From Escherichia coli (GTDB taxonomy: Bacteria > Pseudomonadota > Gammaproteobacteria > Enterobacterales > Enterobacteriaceae), in assembly GCF_002854065.1 (NCBI RefSeq), contig NZ_CP024147.1: a stretch of DNA of 64,000 nt; one strand, 5' to 3'. The notes beneath the pieces were generated by a model. It did not search any database. It saw nothing but the letters and a program-made list of their open reading frames with translations, and had not been told where the DNA came from. Positions 16,048 to 29,439 of this stretch are shown here, piece by piece; within the stretch, counting starts at the first letter, position 1; every line of letters starts with the position of its first letter. The position numbers and the translations under genes are program-made.

Positions 16048-16959
16048 ATGTATTACGGGTTTGATATTGGTGGAACAAAAATTGCGCTTGGCGTGTTTGA
16101 TAGCGGTCGGCAGTTGCAGTTGGAAAAGCGGGTGCCGACACCGCGTGACAGCTATGACGCATTTTTAGATGCAGTGTGTGAGCTGGTAGCTGAAGCTGAC
16201 CAACGTTTTGGCTGTAAAGGTTCTGTCGGCATCGGTATTCCGGGAATGCCGGAAACAGAAGATGGTACGCTGTATGCCGCCAATGTCCCCGCTGCCAGCG
16301 GTAAACCGCTGCGTGCCGACCTGAGCGCACGTCTTGATCGCGATGTACGCCTTGATAACGATGCCAACTGTTTTGCCCTTTCAGAAGCCTGGGATGATGA
16401 ATTTACGCAATATCCACTGGTGATGGGGTTGATTCTCGGCACCGGCGTTGGCGGCGGGCTGATTTTCAACGGCAAACCGATTACCGGTAAAAGCTACATT
16501 ACCGGCGAGTTTGGCCATATGCGTCTGCCGGTTGATGCGTTAACCATGATGGGGTTGGATTTCCCGTTACGCCGCTGCGGCTGTGGTCAGCATGGCTGCA
16601 TTGAAAATTATCTGTCTGGTCGCGGTTTTGCGTGGCTGTATCAACACTATTATCATCAACCGTTGCAGGCTCCCGAAATTATTGCGCTTTATGATCAAGG
16701 CGATGAGCAGGCAAGGGCGCACGTTGAGCGTTATCTGGATTTATTAGCGGTTTGTCTGGGAAATATCCTGACCATTGTTGACCCTGACCTGGTCGTCATT
16801 GGTGGTGGTTTATCGAATTTCCCGGCAATCACAACGCAACTGGCGGACAGGCCGCCTCGTCATCTCTTACCTGTAGCTCGTGTTCCGCGCATTGAACGCG
16901 CGCGCCACGGTGATGCGGGAGGAATGCGTGGTGCGGCCTTCCTACATCTAACCGATTAA
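16048..16959 (+). CDS. nagK: N-acetyl-D-glucosamine kinase
   Basis: 303-aa ROK-family product [18 protein letters not shown]... Confidence 0.9.
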   Translation: MYYGFDIGGTKIALGVFDSGRQLQLEKRVPTPRDSYDAFLDAVCELVAEADQRFGCKGSVGIGIPGMPETEDGTLYAANVPAASGKPLRADLSARLDRDVRLDNDANCFALSEAWDDEFTQYPLVMGLILGTGVGGGLIFNGKPITGKSYITGEFGHMRLPVDALTMMGLDFPLRRCGCGQHGCIENYLSGRGFAWLYQHYYHQPLQAPEIIALYDQGDEQARAHVERYLDLLAVCLGNILTIVDPDLVVIGGGLSNFPAITTQLADRPPRHLLPVARVPRIERARHGDAGGMRGAAFLHLTD

Positions 16960-16974
16960 ACAACAGAGGTTGCT

Positions 16975-17796
16975 ATGCTGTCGCGTCGGGGTCATCGGTT
17001 AAGTCGTTTTCGTAAAAATAAACGCCGCCTGCGCGAGCGTTTGCGTCAGCGTATTTTTTTCAGAGATAAAGTGGTGCCGGAAGCAATGGAAAAACCAAGA
17101 GTACTCGTACTGACAGGGGCAGGAATTTCTGCGGAATCAGGTATTCGTACCTTTCGCGCTGCAGATGGCCTGTGGGAAGAACATCGGGTTGAAGATGTGG
17201 CAACGCCGGAAGGTTTCGATCGCGATCCTGAACTGGTGCAAGCGTTTTATAACGCCCGTCGTCGACAGCTGCAGCAGCCAGAAATTCAGCCTAACGCCGC
17301 GCATCTTGCGCTGGCTAAACTGCAAGATGCTCTCGGCGATCGCTTTTTGCTGGTGACGCAGAATATAGACAACCTGCATGAACGCGCAGGTAATACCAAT
17401 GTCATTCATATGCATGGGGAACTGCTGAAAGTTCGTTGTTCACAAAGTGGTCAGGTTCTCGACTGGACCGGAGACGTTACCCCAGAAGATAAATGCCATT
17501 GCTGCCAGTTCCCGGCACCCTTGCGCCCGCACGTAGTGTGGTTTGGCGAAATGCCACTCGGCATGGATGAAATTTATATGGCGTTGTCGATGGCCGATAT
17601 TTTCATTGCCATTGGTACTTCGGGGCATGTTTATCCGGCGGCTGGGTTTGTTCACGAAGCGAAACTGCATGGCGCGCACACCGTGGAACTGAATCTTGAA
17701 CCGAGTCAGGTTGGTAATGAATTTGCCGAGAAATATTACGGCCCGGCAAGCCAGGTGGTGCCAGAATTTGTTGAAAAGTTGCTGAAGGGATTATAA
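16975..17796 (+). CDS. cobB: NAD-dependent protein deacylase (sirtuin) CobB
   Basis: Sir2 motifs [10 protein letters not shown], zinc-binding CxxC...CC, catalytic region HMHGEL. Confidence 0.9.
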   Translation: MLSRRGHRLSRFRKNKRRLRERLRQRIFFRDKVVPEAMEKPRVLVLTGAGISAESGIRTFRAADGLWEEHRVEDVATPEGFDRDPELVQAFYNARRRQLQQPEIQPNAAHLALAKLQDALGDRFLLVTQNIDNLHERAGNTNVIHMHGELLKVRCSQSGQVLDWTGDVTPEDKCHCCQFPAPLRPHVVWFGEMPLGMDEIYMALSMADIFIAIGTSGHVYPAAGFVHEAKLHGAHTVELNLEPSQVGNEFAEKYYGPASQVVPEFVEKLLKGL

Positions 17797-17806
17797 AGCA
17801 GGAAGC

Positions 17807-17908
17807 ATTGCCTGATGCGCTACGCTTATCAGGCCTACAAGGGGACGCAATTAATTGAATTTGCGGTGTTGTGGGCCGGATAAGGCGTTCGCGTCGCATC
17901 CGGCATAA
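17807..17908. repeat. REP-type palindromic repeat cluster
   Basis: gcctgatgcgctacgcttatcaggcctac ... gccggataaggcgttcgcgtcgcatccggc REP consensus. Confidence 0.55.
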
Positions 17909-17932
17909 TACACACGCATTTTACTATCTCTT

Positions 17933-18718
17933 TTACCGTTTACTCGTCAATAACAACGCGGCAATAAACGTACAGACACCAATCAGCCCTGCCCAGAGTG
18001 GCGATATTCTGGTAATCGCAAAGCTATTATCGATATACAGGCATAAAGCCTGATAGCCCATATTGGCAATAGTCATCGCCACTGCAAATTTTAATGCATA
18101 ATTAAGGCGCGTCGTGTAGTTAAAAAATGCAGTAAAGACGATAAATGCAACCGCCCAGGCAAAAAGGCCTAATGTCGTGGTGCTGCCGGGAGGATCATTC
18201 TCCTGCTGTTGTCCGGGATGCGGATAATATGTCAGTGGCGGCGTCGGTTGTTTTAATATCTGTGCTTGTAAAACAGCCAATGCATTATTGATTCCCTGAT
18301 ACCAGAGATCCGCATGTAAATAAGCCAGCGTGTGATTTTCTACCAGAAGGCCGAGATGCTTATCGTCCATGCTGCTTTCAACATGGCCGTTGGTTATCAT
18401 AATTAACCGTGGCTCGCGTGTAGTAAAAAGTAACAGAACACTTCCTTTTACATCACTCAATGAAGATGACGCATGCGCCAGCATCGCTTTGCCATTTTGC
18501 CTGAAGCTTGCTTCATTAACGCCAGGTACAACCACGATAAACGGCGCAATCCCTGTTTGTTGACGAAAAAGCTCCGCTTTCCGCGCAATCTCCTCAGCAT
18601 CCGGTACAGTACCTGTAACATCCGTAAAAAGTGTCTTCATTATTGGGATTAAGGGCTTACTGGTTACCGTCAGAGGCAGAAGTATCAGTAAACTGAGCAG
18701 TATTGTGATTTTTTTCAT
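17933..18718 (-). CDS. ycfZ: inner membrane protein YcfZ
   Basis: 261-aa ORF with signal/TM N-terminus; synteny ymfA-ycfZ. Confidence 0.8.
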   Translation of the reverse strand: MKKITILLSLLILLPLTVTSKPLIPIMKTLFTDVTGTVPDAEEIARKAELFRQQTGIAPFIVVVPGVNEASFRQNGKAMLAHASSSLSDVKGSVLLLFTTREPRLIMITNGHVESSMDDKHLGLLVENHTLAYLHADLWYQGINNALAVLQAQILKQPTPPLTYYPHPGQQQENDPPGSTTTLGLFAWAVAFIVFTAFFNYTTRLNYALKFAVAMTIANMGYQALCLYIDNSFAITRISPLWAGLIGVCTFIAALLLTSKR

Positions 18719-19176
18719 GGACGGGACTTCCGTTTCCTGCGTGATTTTTTAGAGGAGGGCATACTGATTAATAAACCGACGGCGATAAAAATAACGCCCA
18801 TAATGCCGATAAACCCCCATTTAAAAAAATTAACCCACGGGTTATTTATCTCAGCCTTTTCAGGATGCCCGGGAGAATAATAAACATTAACTTTATCACC
18901 TTCGCTGTCTTCATAAAAATCGCTGCCAATACTCGAATTGAAAATTAGCGTGTAATCTGGCGTCGGTCGAAAGGCAACGACGGGATACCACGAACCATTT
19001 TTACCCGTGCGATGAGAATGACTGGAGTGCAAGACGGTATCAACAATGACGCCTTCGGTATGAATCGCGTCTTTGCTATAGGTGAACTAGTTATAAAAGA
19101 TAACAACAGAAATGAGGATCAGTAACAGACCGATACCGAAGAATATACGAAAGAAAACTTTACTGTCCTGACTCAT
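18715..19176 (-). pseudogene. ymfA: ymfA interrupted by in-frame TAG (codon 30 of a 153-codon frame)
   Basis: Continuous frame from ATG (rc of 19174-19176; [29 protein letters not shown]) is broken by TAG (rc of plus 19087-19089) then continues [25 protein letters not shown]... to stop at 18715; total length equals the 153-aa YmfA I recall. Confidence 0.7.
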
Positions 19177-19196
19177 TAGTCACATCCTTGCTAACT

Positions 19197-19223
19197 AAAA
19201 AACGGGCGGTAATACCACCGCCC
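19197..19223 (-). terminator. rho-independent terminator downstream of potD
   Basis: gggcggtaataccaccgccc hairpin followed on the minus strand by a T-run. Confidence 0.6.
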
Positions 19224-19233
19224 GCTTGCTGAA

Positions 19234-20280
19234 TTAACGTCCTGCTTTCAGCTTCTGATAATACTCTTCATAAATGCTGCTGGCTGCGCCAACGTCATTC
19301 TGCCATTCGCCATTTTTAATGGTTTCAGCATCCGGGTAGAGCGTCTTATCGTTCGCCACTTCTGGACTTAACAGCTTACGCGCCGCAAGGTTTGGCGTTG
19401 GATAACCGATAGTTTCAGCAACCTGTTTTGCCACATCCGGGCGCAGCAGGAAGTTGATCAATTTCAGCGCGCCTTCTTTGTTTTTGGCATTTGCCGGGAT
19501 CGCCAGGCTGTCCATCCAGAATATGCCGCCTTCTTTCGGCCACACCACGTCAATAGGCGTACCCGCCTGGCGTGCAACGAAAGCAGAACCGTTCCAGATC
19601 ATGCCGAGGTTAACTTCGCCTTCCATGTACGGGTTAGCCGGGTTATCGGAGTTAAACGCTGCGACGTTTGGCATCAGTTTTTTCAGCTCGTTATATGCAG
19701 CTTCAATCTCTTTCGGATCGGTGGTGTTACCGGAGTAGCCCAGCTTACGCAGCGCCATCTGGAACACTTCACGGGCATCGTCGGTCAACAGCAGGCTGCC
19801 TTTGTACTCTGGCTTCCACAGATCGGCCCAGCTGGTGACAGATTTTGGATCCACCGCATCACCGTTAACACCAATCGCCGTCGCACCCCAGATATACGGA
19901 ATGGAGTAATCGTTATTCGGGTCAAACGGCTTATTGAGCATGTCTGGATCGAGATTGCTGAAGTTCGTTAACTTCGACTTGTCGATCTTCTGGATCATCC
20001 CTTCTTTACGCATTTTATCGACGTAATAGGTTGAAGGAACCACCAGGTCATAGGCACCGTCTTTGTACGTTTTCAGCTTGGCATACATGGTTTCGTTCGA
20101 CTCGTAAGTCGAATAGATAACCTTAATACCGGTTTCTTTGGTGAACTGTTCAAGCAGTCCTGGCGGCACGTACTCGGTCCAGTTGTAGAAATACAGCGTG
20201 TTGTTGTCATCGGCGTGAGCGGCGCTCATGCCCAGTGCCAGAGCACCCGCCGCGAGCAGGTGGCGTGACCATTTTTTCAT
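19234..20280 (-). CDS. potD: spermidine/putrescine ABC transporter periplasmic binding protein
   Basis: 348-aa product with signal peptide; final gene of the potABCD operon. Confidence 0.95.
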   Translation of the reverse strand: MKKWSRHLLAAGALALGMSAAHADDNNTLYFYNWTEYVPPGLLEQFTKETGIKVIYSTYESNETMYAKLKTYKDGAYDLVVPSTYYVDKMRKEGMIQKIDKSKLTNFSNLDPDMLNKPFDPNNDYSIPYIWGATAIGVNGDAVDPKSVTSWADLWKPEYKGSLLLTDDAREVFQMALRKLGYSGNTTDPKEIEAAYNELKKLMPNVAAFNSDNPANPYMEGEVNLGMIWNGSAFVARQAGTPIDVVWPKEGGIFWMDSLAIPANAKNKEGALKLINFLLRPDVAKQVAETIGYPTPNLAARKLLSPEVANDKTLYPDAETIKNGEWQNDVGAASSIYEEYYQKLKAGR

Positions 20281-21071
20281 TTAACGTCCCCTGTGTTACC
20301 TTTCGTTTTATCACGAGCAATAAGCTGGCTGGCAATAACCATCACCAGCGACAGCACCAGTAATATGGTTGCCAGCGCGTTAACTTCCGGCGATACGCCG
20401 ACTTTGACCATCGAATAAATTTTTAACGGCAGAATTTCATAACTCGGCCCGGTGACGAACGAAGAAACCACCACATCGTCCATCGACAGGGTAAAGCTTA
20501 ACACCCAGCCCGCCGCCACCGCTGGCATTGCCAGTGGCAGAATGATTTTTCGCAGAATGGTAAATTCGCTGGCACCGAGATCTTTCGCCGCTTCCAGCAT
20601 TCGCACGTCAAAACCTTTCAGGCGCGAATACACCGTCACCACCACAAATGGCAGGCAGAAGGTGATATGCGAGAACAGCAGCGACCAGAAGCCAAGCTGA
20701 ATACCCAGCAGCATAAACAGCACCAGCAGCGAAATTGCCATCACGATATCTGGTGACATCATTACCACAAACAGCATTCCGCTAACGAACGGCTTACCAC
20801 GAAAGCGATAACGGTACAGTGCAACTGCCGTCAGTGAACCGATAAGCGTAGCAAACGTCGCCGAAAACACCGCCATTGTTAGTGAATGCTGCGCTGCCTG
20901 TAACAGGCTGTCGTTGTTCATCAGCAAGCTATACCATTTAGTGGTAAAACCCTGCCAGTTGATGCCAAAGCGCGAGCTGTTAAAGGAGTTCACAATCAAA
21001 ATAATGATTGGGATATACAGGTACGCGTAGATAGCGGTCATAAAACCGCCGCGAAGCAGTCGACCGATCAT
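20277..21071 (-). CDS. potC: spermidine/putrescine ABC transporter permease
   Basis: 264-aa permease; stop overlaps potD start (ATGA). Confidence 0.95.
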   Translation of the reverse strand: MIGRLLRGGFMTAIYAYLYIPIIILIVNSFNSSRFGINWQGFTTKWYSLLMNNDSLLQAAQHSLTMAVFSATFATLIGSLTAVALYRYRFRGKPFVSGMLFVVMMSPDIVMAISLLVLFMLLGIQLGFWSLLFSHITFCLPFVVVTVYSRLKGFDVRMLEAAKDLGASEFTILRKIILPLAMPAVAAGWVLSFTLSMDDVVVSSFVTGPSYEILPLKIYSMVKVGVSPEVNALATILLVLSLVMVIASQLIARDKTKGNTGDVK

Positions 21072-21925
21072 TCGAGTTCCACCTTTTTATTCAGCAGACG
21101 AGAAGCGCGCCAGTAAACCAGCAACATCAGGCCCATTACGATAGTCAGCGTAATGCTGGTGGCTGCACCAAACGGCCAGTCACGAATATTGAGGAACTGT
21201 ACCTTGATGACGTTACCGATCAGCAGGTTTTTCGCACCGCCCATCAGGTCGGACACATAGAACAGGCCCATCGCTGGCAGCATCACCAGCAGACATCCGG
21301 CAATAATCCCCGGCATCGTCAGTGGAATAATGATGCGGATAAAAGTCTGTAACTTGCTGGCACCGAGATCGCGCGCCGCCTCAAGCAACGGCTTATCCAG
21401 TTTTTCGATACTGGAGTACAGTGGCATCACCATAAACGGCAGCAGAATGTAAACCAGACCGATAATCACCGCACTGGGCGTGAACATGATACGAATTGGT
21501 GTGTCGATAACGCCCAGCCAGAGCAAAAACTCGTTGAGATAGCCTTTGGTGCTGAGGAAAATTTTCAGCCCGTAGATGCGAATCAGTGAGTTGGTCCAGA
21601 AGGGAACAATCAGCAGAAACAGCAGCAGCGGACGCACCTTGTGTGGCAGCTTCGCCAGAAACCAGGCAAACGGGTAGCCCAGCACCAGGCAGGCGAGGGT
21701 GGCGATCAGCGCCATATTCAGCGAGTGCAATAGCACTTCAAAATAGAGCGGATCGAGCAGACGCGTGTAGTTATCCAGCGTAAAGACCATTTTGACAAAA
21801 CTGGCGTCGTCGCGGGTCAAAAAGCTGGTGCCAATGATCATCAGGTTGGGCAGAAAGACAAACAACACAAGCCAACCGACAATAGTGACAATCACTACAT
21901 TCTGGAACTTACTTGTGTTCTTCAT
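21068..21925 (-). CDS. potB: spermidine/putrescine ABC transporter permease
   Basis: Permease ORF overlapping potA stop and potC start; true start may be about 10 codons inside the ORF. Confidence 0.9.
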
Positions 21926-23045
21926 CAGCCAGTACGACCTCCCAGCTTTCTACCCAATTAATGGCCATTTTTTGGTCGAGAGAGTGGTCAAAGTCAGGAT
22001 CGTCTTCATTGAAGAATTCGCTGACCATCACCATCTTGCCATTTTCCAGTTCAACAACCGACTCCAGCGTCATGCCTTTGTAGTTACGCTCGCGAACGTA
22101 ACCAATCAGCCCTTCAGCGTGGTTGTCGTCGTTAATCTCTTCAACACGTAAGTCTTCCGGGCGCAGCAGAACATGCAGTTTTTGCCCCGGTTCAACGGCG
22201 AAGTTAACGTAGATATTACATTCGCGGCCTTCAACGTTGGCGCGTACGCGCTGCTCGTCGAGACGTTCGATGACAGTGGCGTTAAACATATTGATTTCGC
22301 CAATGAACCCGGCAACAAACAGGTTTTTCGGCTCTTCATAGATTTCACGCGGCGTGCCGTCTTGCTCAATGCGACCATCGCGCATCACCACAATCCTGTC
22401 CGACATGGTGAGTGCTTCTTCCTGGTCGTGAGTCACGAAGACGAATGTAATGCCAAGCTTACGCTGTAACGCTTTCAGCTCGTTCTGCATTTGCTTGCGC
22501 AGTTTGTAATCCAGCGCTGAGAGCGACTCATCCAGCAACAACAGACGAGGCTTGTTAACTACCGCGCGAGCAATGGCGACGCGTTGCTGTTGACCACCAG
22601 AGAGCTGATGCGGTTTACGTTGAGCGAAGGTTTCCAGCTGCACCATCCGCAGGGCTTCCATCACGCGGGGCGTAATTTCAGCAGCGGGGGTTTTTTGCAT
22701 GCGCAACCCAAAGGCCACATTTTCGAACACGGTCATGTGGGGGAAAAGTGCGTAGCTTTGGAAAACAGTGTTCACATAGCGGTTTTCCGCCGGAACGTGG
22801 GTGATGTCCTCGTTATCCAACATGATGCGTCCGGAATCAACAGTTTCCAGACCTGCAATCAGGCGAAGAACGGTTGTTTTACCGCAGCCAGAAGGGCCAA
22901 GCAGCGTGAGGAACTCGCCATTGTTGATAGTCAGATCCAGCTGGGGAATGACCTCTTTACCATCAAAGCATTTGCGAATTCCCGCCAATTGCACCAGCGG
23001 TGAAAGCGAACTCGGTTGTTTATTCAATTTTTTACTCTGTCCCAT
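21909..23045 (-). CDS. potA: spermidine/putrescine ABC transporter ATPase
   Basis: 378-aa product, Walker [10 protein letters not shown], signature LSGGQQQR, Walker B LLLLDE. Confidence 0.95.
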
Positions 23046-23294
23046 GTAAACGCAACGGATGGCTTACCGATGCGGGGTTTGTGGTTAACCACCTTGGTGA
23101 CTCTTAATGAGGGCGGTAATTCTACGGCAAACCGCTTGAATCGCCAATCTTTGTTGTGAATTACTGGCTTAGCTTTATATTCATTAAGGTAATGCTGATA
23201 AATATTCCCGCTTGCAGGGGTAAAAGTGACCTGACGCAATATTTGTCTTTTCTTGCTTCTTAATAATGTTGTCACAAAAAGTGAGGGTGACTAC

Positions 23295-24521
23295 ATGGAT
23301 AAACTACTTGAGCGATTTTTGAACTACGTGTCTCTGGATACCCAATCAAAAGCAGGGGTGAGACAGGTTCCCAGCACGGAAGGCCAATGGAAGTTATTGC
23401 ATCTGCTGAAAGAGCAGCTCGAAGAGATGGGGCTTATCAATGTGACCTTAAGTGAGAAGGGCATTTTGATGGCGACGTTACCGGCTAACGTCCCTGGCGA
23501 TATCCCGGCGATTGGCTTTATTTCTCATGTGGATACCTCACCGGATTGCAGCGGCAAAAATGTGAATCCGCAAATTGTTGAAAACTATCGCGGTGGCGAT
23601 ATTGCGCTGGGTATCGGCGATGAAGTTTTATCACCGGTTATGTTCCCGGTGCTGCATCAGCTACTGGGTCAGACGCTGATTACCACCGATGGTAAAACCT
23701 TGTTAGGTGCCGATGACAAAGCAGGTATTGCAGAAATCATGACCGCGCTGGCGGTATTGCAACAGAAAAACATTCCGCATGGTGATATTCGCGTCGCCTT
23801 TACCCCGGATGAAGAAGTGGGCAAAGGGGCGAAACATTTTGATGTTGATGCCTTCGATGCCCGCTGGGCTTACACTGTTGATGGTGGTGGCGTAGGCGAA
23901 CTGGAGTTTGAAAACTTCAACGCCGCGTCGGTCAATATCAAAATTGTCGGTAACAATGTTCACCCGGGCACGGCGAAAGGAGTGATGGTAAATGCGCTGT
24001 CGCTGGCGGCACGTATTCATGCGGAAGTTCCGGCGGATGAAAGCCCGGAAATGACAGAAGGTTATGAAGGTTTCTATCACCTGGCGAGCATGAAAGGCAC
24101 CGTTGAACGGGCCGATATGCACTACATCATCCGTGATTTCGACCGTAAACAGTTTGAAGCGCGTAAACGTAAAATGATGGAGATCGCCAAAAAAGTGGGC
24201 AAAGGGTTACATCCTGATTGCTACATTGAATTGGTGATTGAAGACAGTTACTACAATATGCGCGAGAAAGTGGTTGAGCATCCGCATATTCTCGATATCG
24301 CCCAGCAGGCGATGCGTGACTGCGATATTGAACCGGAACTGAAACCGATCCGCGGCGGTACCGACGGCGCGCAGTTGTCGTTTATGGGATTACCGTGCCC
24401 GAACCTGTTCACTGGCGGTTACAACTATCATGGTAAGCATGAGTTTGTGACTCTGGAAGGTATGGAAAAAGCGGTGCAGGTGATCGTCCGTATTGCCGAG
24501 TTAACGGCGCAACGGAAGTAA
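23295..24521 (+). CDS. pepT: peptidase T (tripeptide aminopeptidase)
   Basis: 408-aa M20-family product [18 protein letters not shown]... Confidence 0.93.
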   Translation: MDKLLERFLNYVSLDTQSKAGVRQVPSTEGQWKLLHLLKEQLEEMGLINVTLSEKGILMATLPANVPGDIPAIGFISHVDTSPDCSGKNVNPQIVENYRGGDIALGIGDEVLSPVMFPVLHQLLGQTLITTDGKTLLGADDKAGIAEIMTALAVLQQKNIPHGDIRVAFTPDEEVGKGAKHFDVDAFDARWAYTVDGGGVGELEFENFNAASVNIKIVGNNVHPGTAKGVMVNALSLAARIHAEVPADESPEMTEGYEGFYHLASMKGTVERADMHYIIRDFDRKQFEARKRKMMEIAKKVGKGLHPDCYIELVIEDSYYNMREKVVEHPHILDIAQQAMRDCDIEPELKPIRGGTDGAQLSFMGLPCPNLFTGGYNYHGKHEFVTLEGMEKAVQVIVRIAELTAQRK

Positions 24522-24569
24522 GCGAAAAGGGATGCGGCATGTGATGCCGCATCCGGCTTAAATCCAAAC

Positions 24570-25691
24570 TTACCCTTCGAAGAACCAATACCCGCTATTG
24601 ACCAGCGCCGCGAGCATCGCGAGGAATGACGGATCTTCCAGCGCATCGCCAAAATTCTCCGCAGTCAGCGCAATGTTGCTGGCGAGTGCATCCAGTGCCG
24701 GACGGTGCGGGGAATCGATCTTCTCACCATTGGCATACACGTCGTCGCCAATGCGCAATACGCGCAGACCACCCAGGCGCACCAGCACATCACCTTGTTT
24801 CAGCGCATCGTAGATTTCATCCGGCTGATAAGGCGGCTCTGGCGGAGCGATATCCAGTTCATGACGTGACTGGGATATAAACTCGCCAAACCATTGCTTA
24901 AAGTGTTCCGGCTGGTTGATCAATTCGAGCATCATCTCACGCAGTTTATCCATCTCTTGCGGCAGAACGTCCGCAGGATGAGCGCGAGGTGGAACATCCG
25001 GATCGCTGTAGTAGTTGCCGCCCAGTTCACGTTGCAGCACATAATCGGCAAATCCGCTAATTAATTCCCGCGTATTTGGCGCGCGAAAACCCACGGAATA
25101 GTTCATCGCATTTTCCAGCGCGTAGCCTTCATGCGGGAATCCTGGCGGAATATAAAGAATATCGCCAGGCTCCAGCTCTTCATCGATGATGGCTTCGAAC
25201 GGATCGACCTGTAACAGATCCGGGTGCGGACAGTGCTGTTTCATTTGCAGCTTTTCGCCCACTCGCCAGCGACGACGTCCGGTACCCTGAATGATAAACA
25301 CGTCGTACTGATCGAGATGCGGGCCGACGCCGCCGCCAGGTACAGAAAAAGAGATCATCAGATCATCAATACGCCAGTCCGGTAGTTCACGGAACGGTCG
25401 CATCAGCGCGGCGGTCGGCTCATGCCAGTGGTTCACTGCCTGTACCAGTAATGACCAGTTGGTTTCACCGAGATGATCGTAGCTTTCGAACGGACCGTGG
25501 CTGACCTGCCATTTGCCATCCTGGTGACTGACCAGTCGACTGTCGACTTCGCTTTCCATCGCCAGACCCGCCAACTCGTCTGGAGAGATCGGGTCAATAA
25601 AATTATTAAACCCGCGTTTTAACACCACCGGGCGTTTCTGCCAGTGACGTTCAAGAAAATCGGGCCAGTTAAGAGTGAGTTGGTATTCCAT
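24570..25691 (-). CDS. roxA: ribosomal protein uL16 arginine hydroxylase RoxA (YcfD), JmjC/cupin
   Basis: 373-aa product MEYQLTLNWPDF...; cupin-type 2OG-oxygenase fold. Confidence 0.87.
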   Translation of the reverse strand: MEYQLTLNWPDFLERHWQKRPVVLKRGFNNFIDPISPDELAGLAMESEVDSRLVSHQDGKWQVSHGPFESYDHLGETNWSLLVQAVNHWHEPTAALMRPFRELPDWRIDDLMISFSVPGGGVGPHLDQYDVFIIQGTGRRRWRVGEKLQMKQHCPHPDLLQVDPFEAIIDEELEPGDILYIPPGFPHEGYALENAMNYSVGFRAPNTRELISGFADYVLQRELGGNYYSDPDVPPRAHPADVLPQEMDKLREMMLELINQPEHFKQWFGEFISQSRHELDIAPPEPPYQPDEIYDALKQGDVLVRLGGLRVLRIGDDVYANGEKIDSPHRPALDALASNIALTAENFGDALEDPSFLAMLAALVNSGYWFFEG

Positions 25692-25766
25692 GTTAAGCAT
25701 CCACAGGCTGGTATCTGCAACCGATTATAACGGATGCTTAACGTAATGCGTGAAGTATGGACATAT

Positions 25767-27227
25767 TTATTCATCTTTCGGCGCAGAATGCTGGCGACCA
25801 AAAATCACCTCCATCCGCGCACCGCCCAGCATGCTCTCTCCGGCGACGATTTTACCCTCATATTGCTCGGTGATTTCGCGGGCTACCGCCAGCCCCACAC
25901 CTTGCCCAGGGCGTAAAGTATCAACCCGTTGACCACGGTCGAAAATGACCTCTCGCTTGCTTAATGGAATACCGGGTCCATCATCCTCGACCACAATATA
26001 GAGATGCTCGTCGGTTTGCCTTGCAGAAATTTCGACAAACTCGAGGCAATATTTACAGGCATTATCCAGCACATTGCCCATCACCTCGACAAAATCGTTC
26101 TGCTCACCGACAAAGCTGATCTCTGGCGAAATATCGAGAGAGATATTGACCCCTTTGCGTTGATACACTTTGTTCAGCGCCGAGGTGAGATTGTCCAGCA
26201 GTGGGGCGACCGGATGCAGCTCGCGGCTGAGCAATGTCCCGCCGCGCATACTGGCACGATGCAGGTAGTAGCCAATTTGCTGTGAAATGCGGCTGATTTG
26301 CTCCAGCATTACCGGTTCAGCATCACTGACGCTCATCTTTTCACTACGCAGAGAACGCAGCGTACTTTGCAGCACCGCCAGTGGCGTTTTCAGACTATGG
26401 GTCAGGTCGGTGAGCGTTGTACGGTATTTGTCGTAACGTTCGCGTTCGCTTTTTAACAATCGGTTCAGGTTTCGTACCAGACTGGTCAGTTCTCGCGTTG
26501 TGGCTGGATTGAGCAATTCGCGGTTATGTTCTTCCAGTTCGCGGACTTCTTTTGCCAGGGCTTCGATGGGGCGTAAACTCCACCAGGCGGCGACCCACAG
26601 CAGCGGGATCACTAACAGCAGATTGGCTGAGAGCACATAGATAAACCAGCTCCAGACCATATAGGAACTTTTTAGCTCCACCGGAATGGTATCCACCACC
26701 ACAATGGTTAACTTTGGCATCCGCGATGTTGCCGGGTAGACGTTTACCGCCACCGAGTGGGTCATCTCCGCGTCGTCATCATCTTCCCGCACTTCCTGCA
26801 ACTGTTGCTGTATCGAATGATCTCCACTCAGCAAGAGGCTGGTATCGTTAACATCCGCTTCAATTTCATGAAAACCATTCGATTTCAGCCAGTCAGGCTG
26901 GATCATCTTCATCAGCCAGGGCACGTCACGTTGCGCCCATAAAAGCTGCCCGTTCTCATCATAAATTAGCGTCATGGTGGGGCTTTGCTTGTCGATATTT
27001 TCGGGTAACTCGACATGCAACTTATTGTTTTCCCACTTCGCAAGGGTATAGAACAGATTGCTCTCGCCACGTAACAGCCGAAACGTAGTTTTATCGAAAC
27101 TGACGCTATAACCGATCAGCGCGACCATTCCGTAGGCAAGCGAAAGCACCAGTACTACCGCTGCCGTTGCCAACAGAAAACGTACCCGCAGCGAGAGCGG
27201 GAAAAAAAGACGCAGTAATTTTTTCAT
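25767..27227 (-). CDS. phoQ: sensor histidine kinase PhoQ
   Basis: 486-aa product with two TM segments, periplasmic sensor domain, H-box ([12 protein letters not shown]) and ATPase motifs. Confidence 0.95.
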   Translation of the reverse strand: MKKLLRLFFPLSLRVRFLLATAAVVLVLSLAYGMVALIGYSVSFDKTTFRLLRGESNLFYTLAKWENNKLHVELPENIDKQSPTMTLIYDENGQLLWAQRDVPWLMKMIQPDWLKSNGFHEIEADVNDTSLLLSGDHSIQQQLQEVREDDDDAEMTHSVAVNVYPATSRMPKLTIVVVDTIPVELKSSYMVWSWFIYVLSANLLLVIPLLWVAAWWSLRPIEALAKEVRELEEHNRELLNPATTRELTSLVRNLNRLLKSERERYDKYRTTLTDLTHSLKTPLAVLQSTLRSLRSEKMSVSDAEPVMLEQISRISQQIGYYLHRASMRGGTLLSRELHPVAPLLDNLTSALNKVYQRKGVNISLDISPEISFVGEQNDFVEVMGNVLDNACKYCLEFVEISARQTDEHLYIVVEDDGPGIPLSKREVIFDRGQRVDTLRPGQGVGLAVAREITEQYEGKIVAGESMLGGARMEVIFGRQHSAPKDE

Positions 27228-27898
27228 CAGCGCAATTCGAACAGATAGCCCTGGCCGCGAACGGTGGTAATCACTTCTTGGGGATATTGTGCCTGAATTT
27301 TTTTGCGCAGACGTCCCATCAGTACATCAATGGTATGGCTTTCCCGCAGCTCCGCATCCGGATAGAGTTGGAGCATTAACGAATCTTTGCTCACCACTTT
27401 GCCATTATTGCGTATCAACGTTTCCATAATGGTGTATTCGAATGCGGTCAGTTTGATCACTTCGTCATTAATAGATAATTCACGGCGAGAGAGATCAACC
27501 TGAAACGGGGGGAGCGAAATGACCTGTGAAGCCAGGCCGCTATTACGCCGCATTAATGCCTGCATTCGCGCCATCACCTCTTCAATATGAAACGGTTTAG
27601 TCACGTAATCATCAGCACCGGCACTTAATACTTCGACTTTGTCCTGCCAGCTTTCACGGGCGGTTAATACCAGAATCGGCAGTGAAACATCATTGCTACG
27701 CCAGCGGCGAATCAGTGACAGACCGTCCTCGTCTGGCAATCCGAGATCGACAATCGCAATATCCGGTAAATGTTCATTGAGATAATAATCGGCTTCTTTG
27801 GCATCTTCTGCATCATCGACCTGATGACCAGCATCCTGAATCTGAACTTTAAGGTGGTGACGTAACAACGCATTGTCTTCAACAACCAGTACGCGCAT
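27227..27898 (-). CDS. phoP: response regulator PhoP
   Basis: 223-aa OmpR-family product [16 protein letters not shown]...; stop overlaps phoQ start. Confidence 0.95.
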   Translation of the reverse strand: MRVLVVEDNALLRHHLKVQIQDAGHQVDDAEDAKEADYYLNEHLPDIAIVDLGLPDEDGLSLIRRWRSNDVSLPILVLTARESWQDKVEVLSAGADDYVTKPFHIEEVMARMQALMRRNSGLASQVISLPPFQVDLSRRELSINDEVIKLTAFEYTIMETLIRNNGKVVSKDSLMLQLYPDAELRESHTIDVLMGRLRKKIQAQYPQEVITTVRGQGYLFELR

Positions 27899-27957
27899 TT
27901 TTATTTCTCCCTGTCTTAATTATTAAAATAGTGTAACGCGATTATGTGGTTATGGGG

Positions 27958-27975
27958 GTAAACATTAAATAAACC
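27958..27975 (-). promoter_or_regulatory. PhoP box (direct repeat GGTTTA-N5-TGTTTA) upstream of phoPQ
   Basis: Minus-strand reading GGTTTATTTAATGTTTAC about 60-77 nt upstream of the phoP start; matches the (T/G)GTTTA-N5-(T/G)GTTTA consensus. Confidence 0.65.
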
Positions 27976-28065
27976 AGCGGGGAGGGGAGGTAAAGTGAAA
28001 AAATAAAAAGCGGATAATCTTAATAAGCAGGCCGGACAGCATCGCCATCCGGCACTGATACGAGT

Positions 28066-29439
<1,374 letters not shown>

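Noticed and set aside
28025-28060. Hairpin gccggacagcatcgccatccggc downstream of purB
   Set aside because: Stem is present but there is no adjacent T-run on the purB strand; could be a REP fragment rather than an intrinsic terminator.
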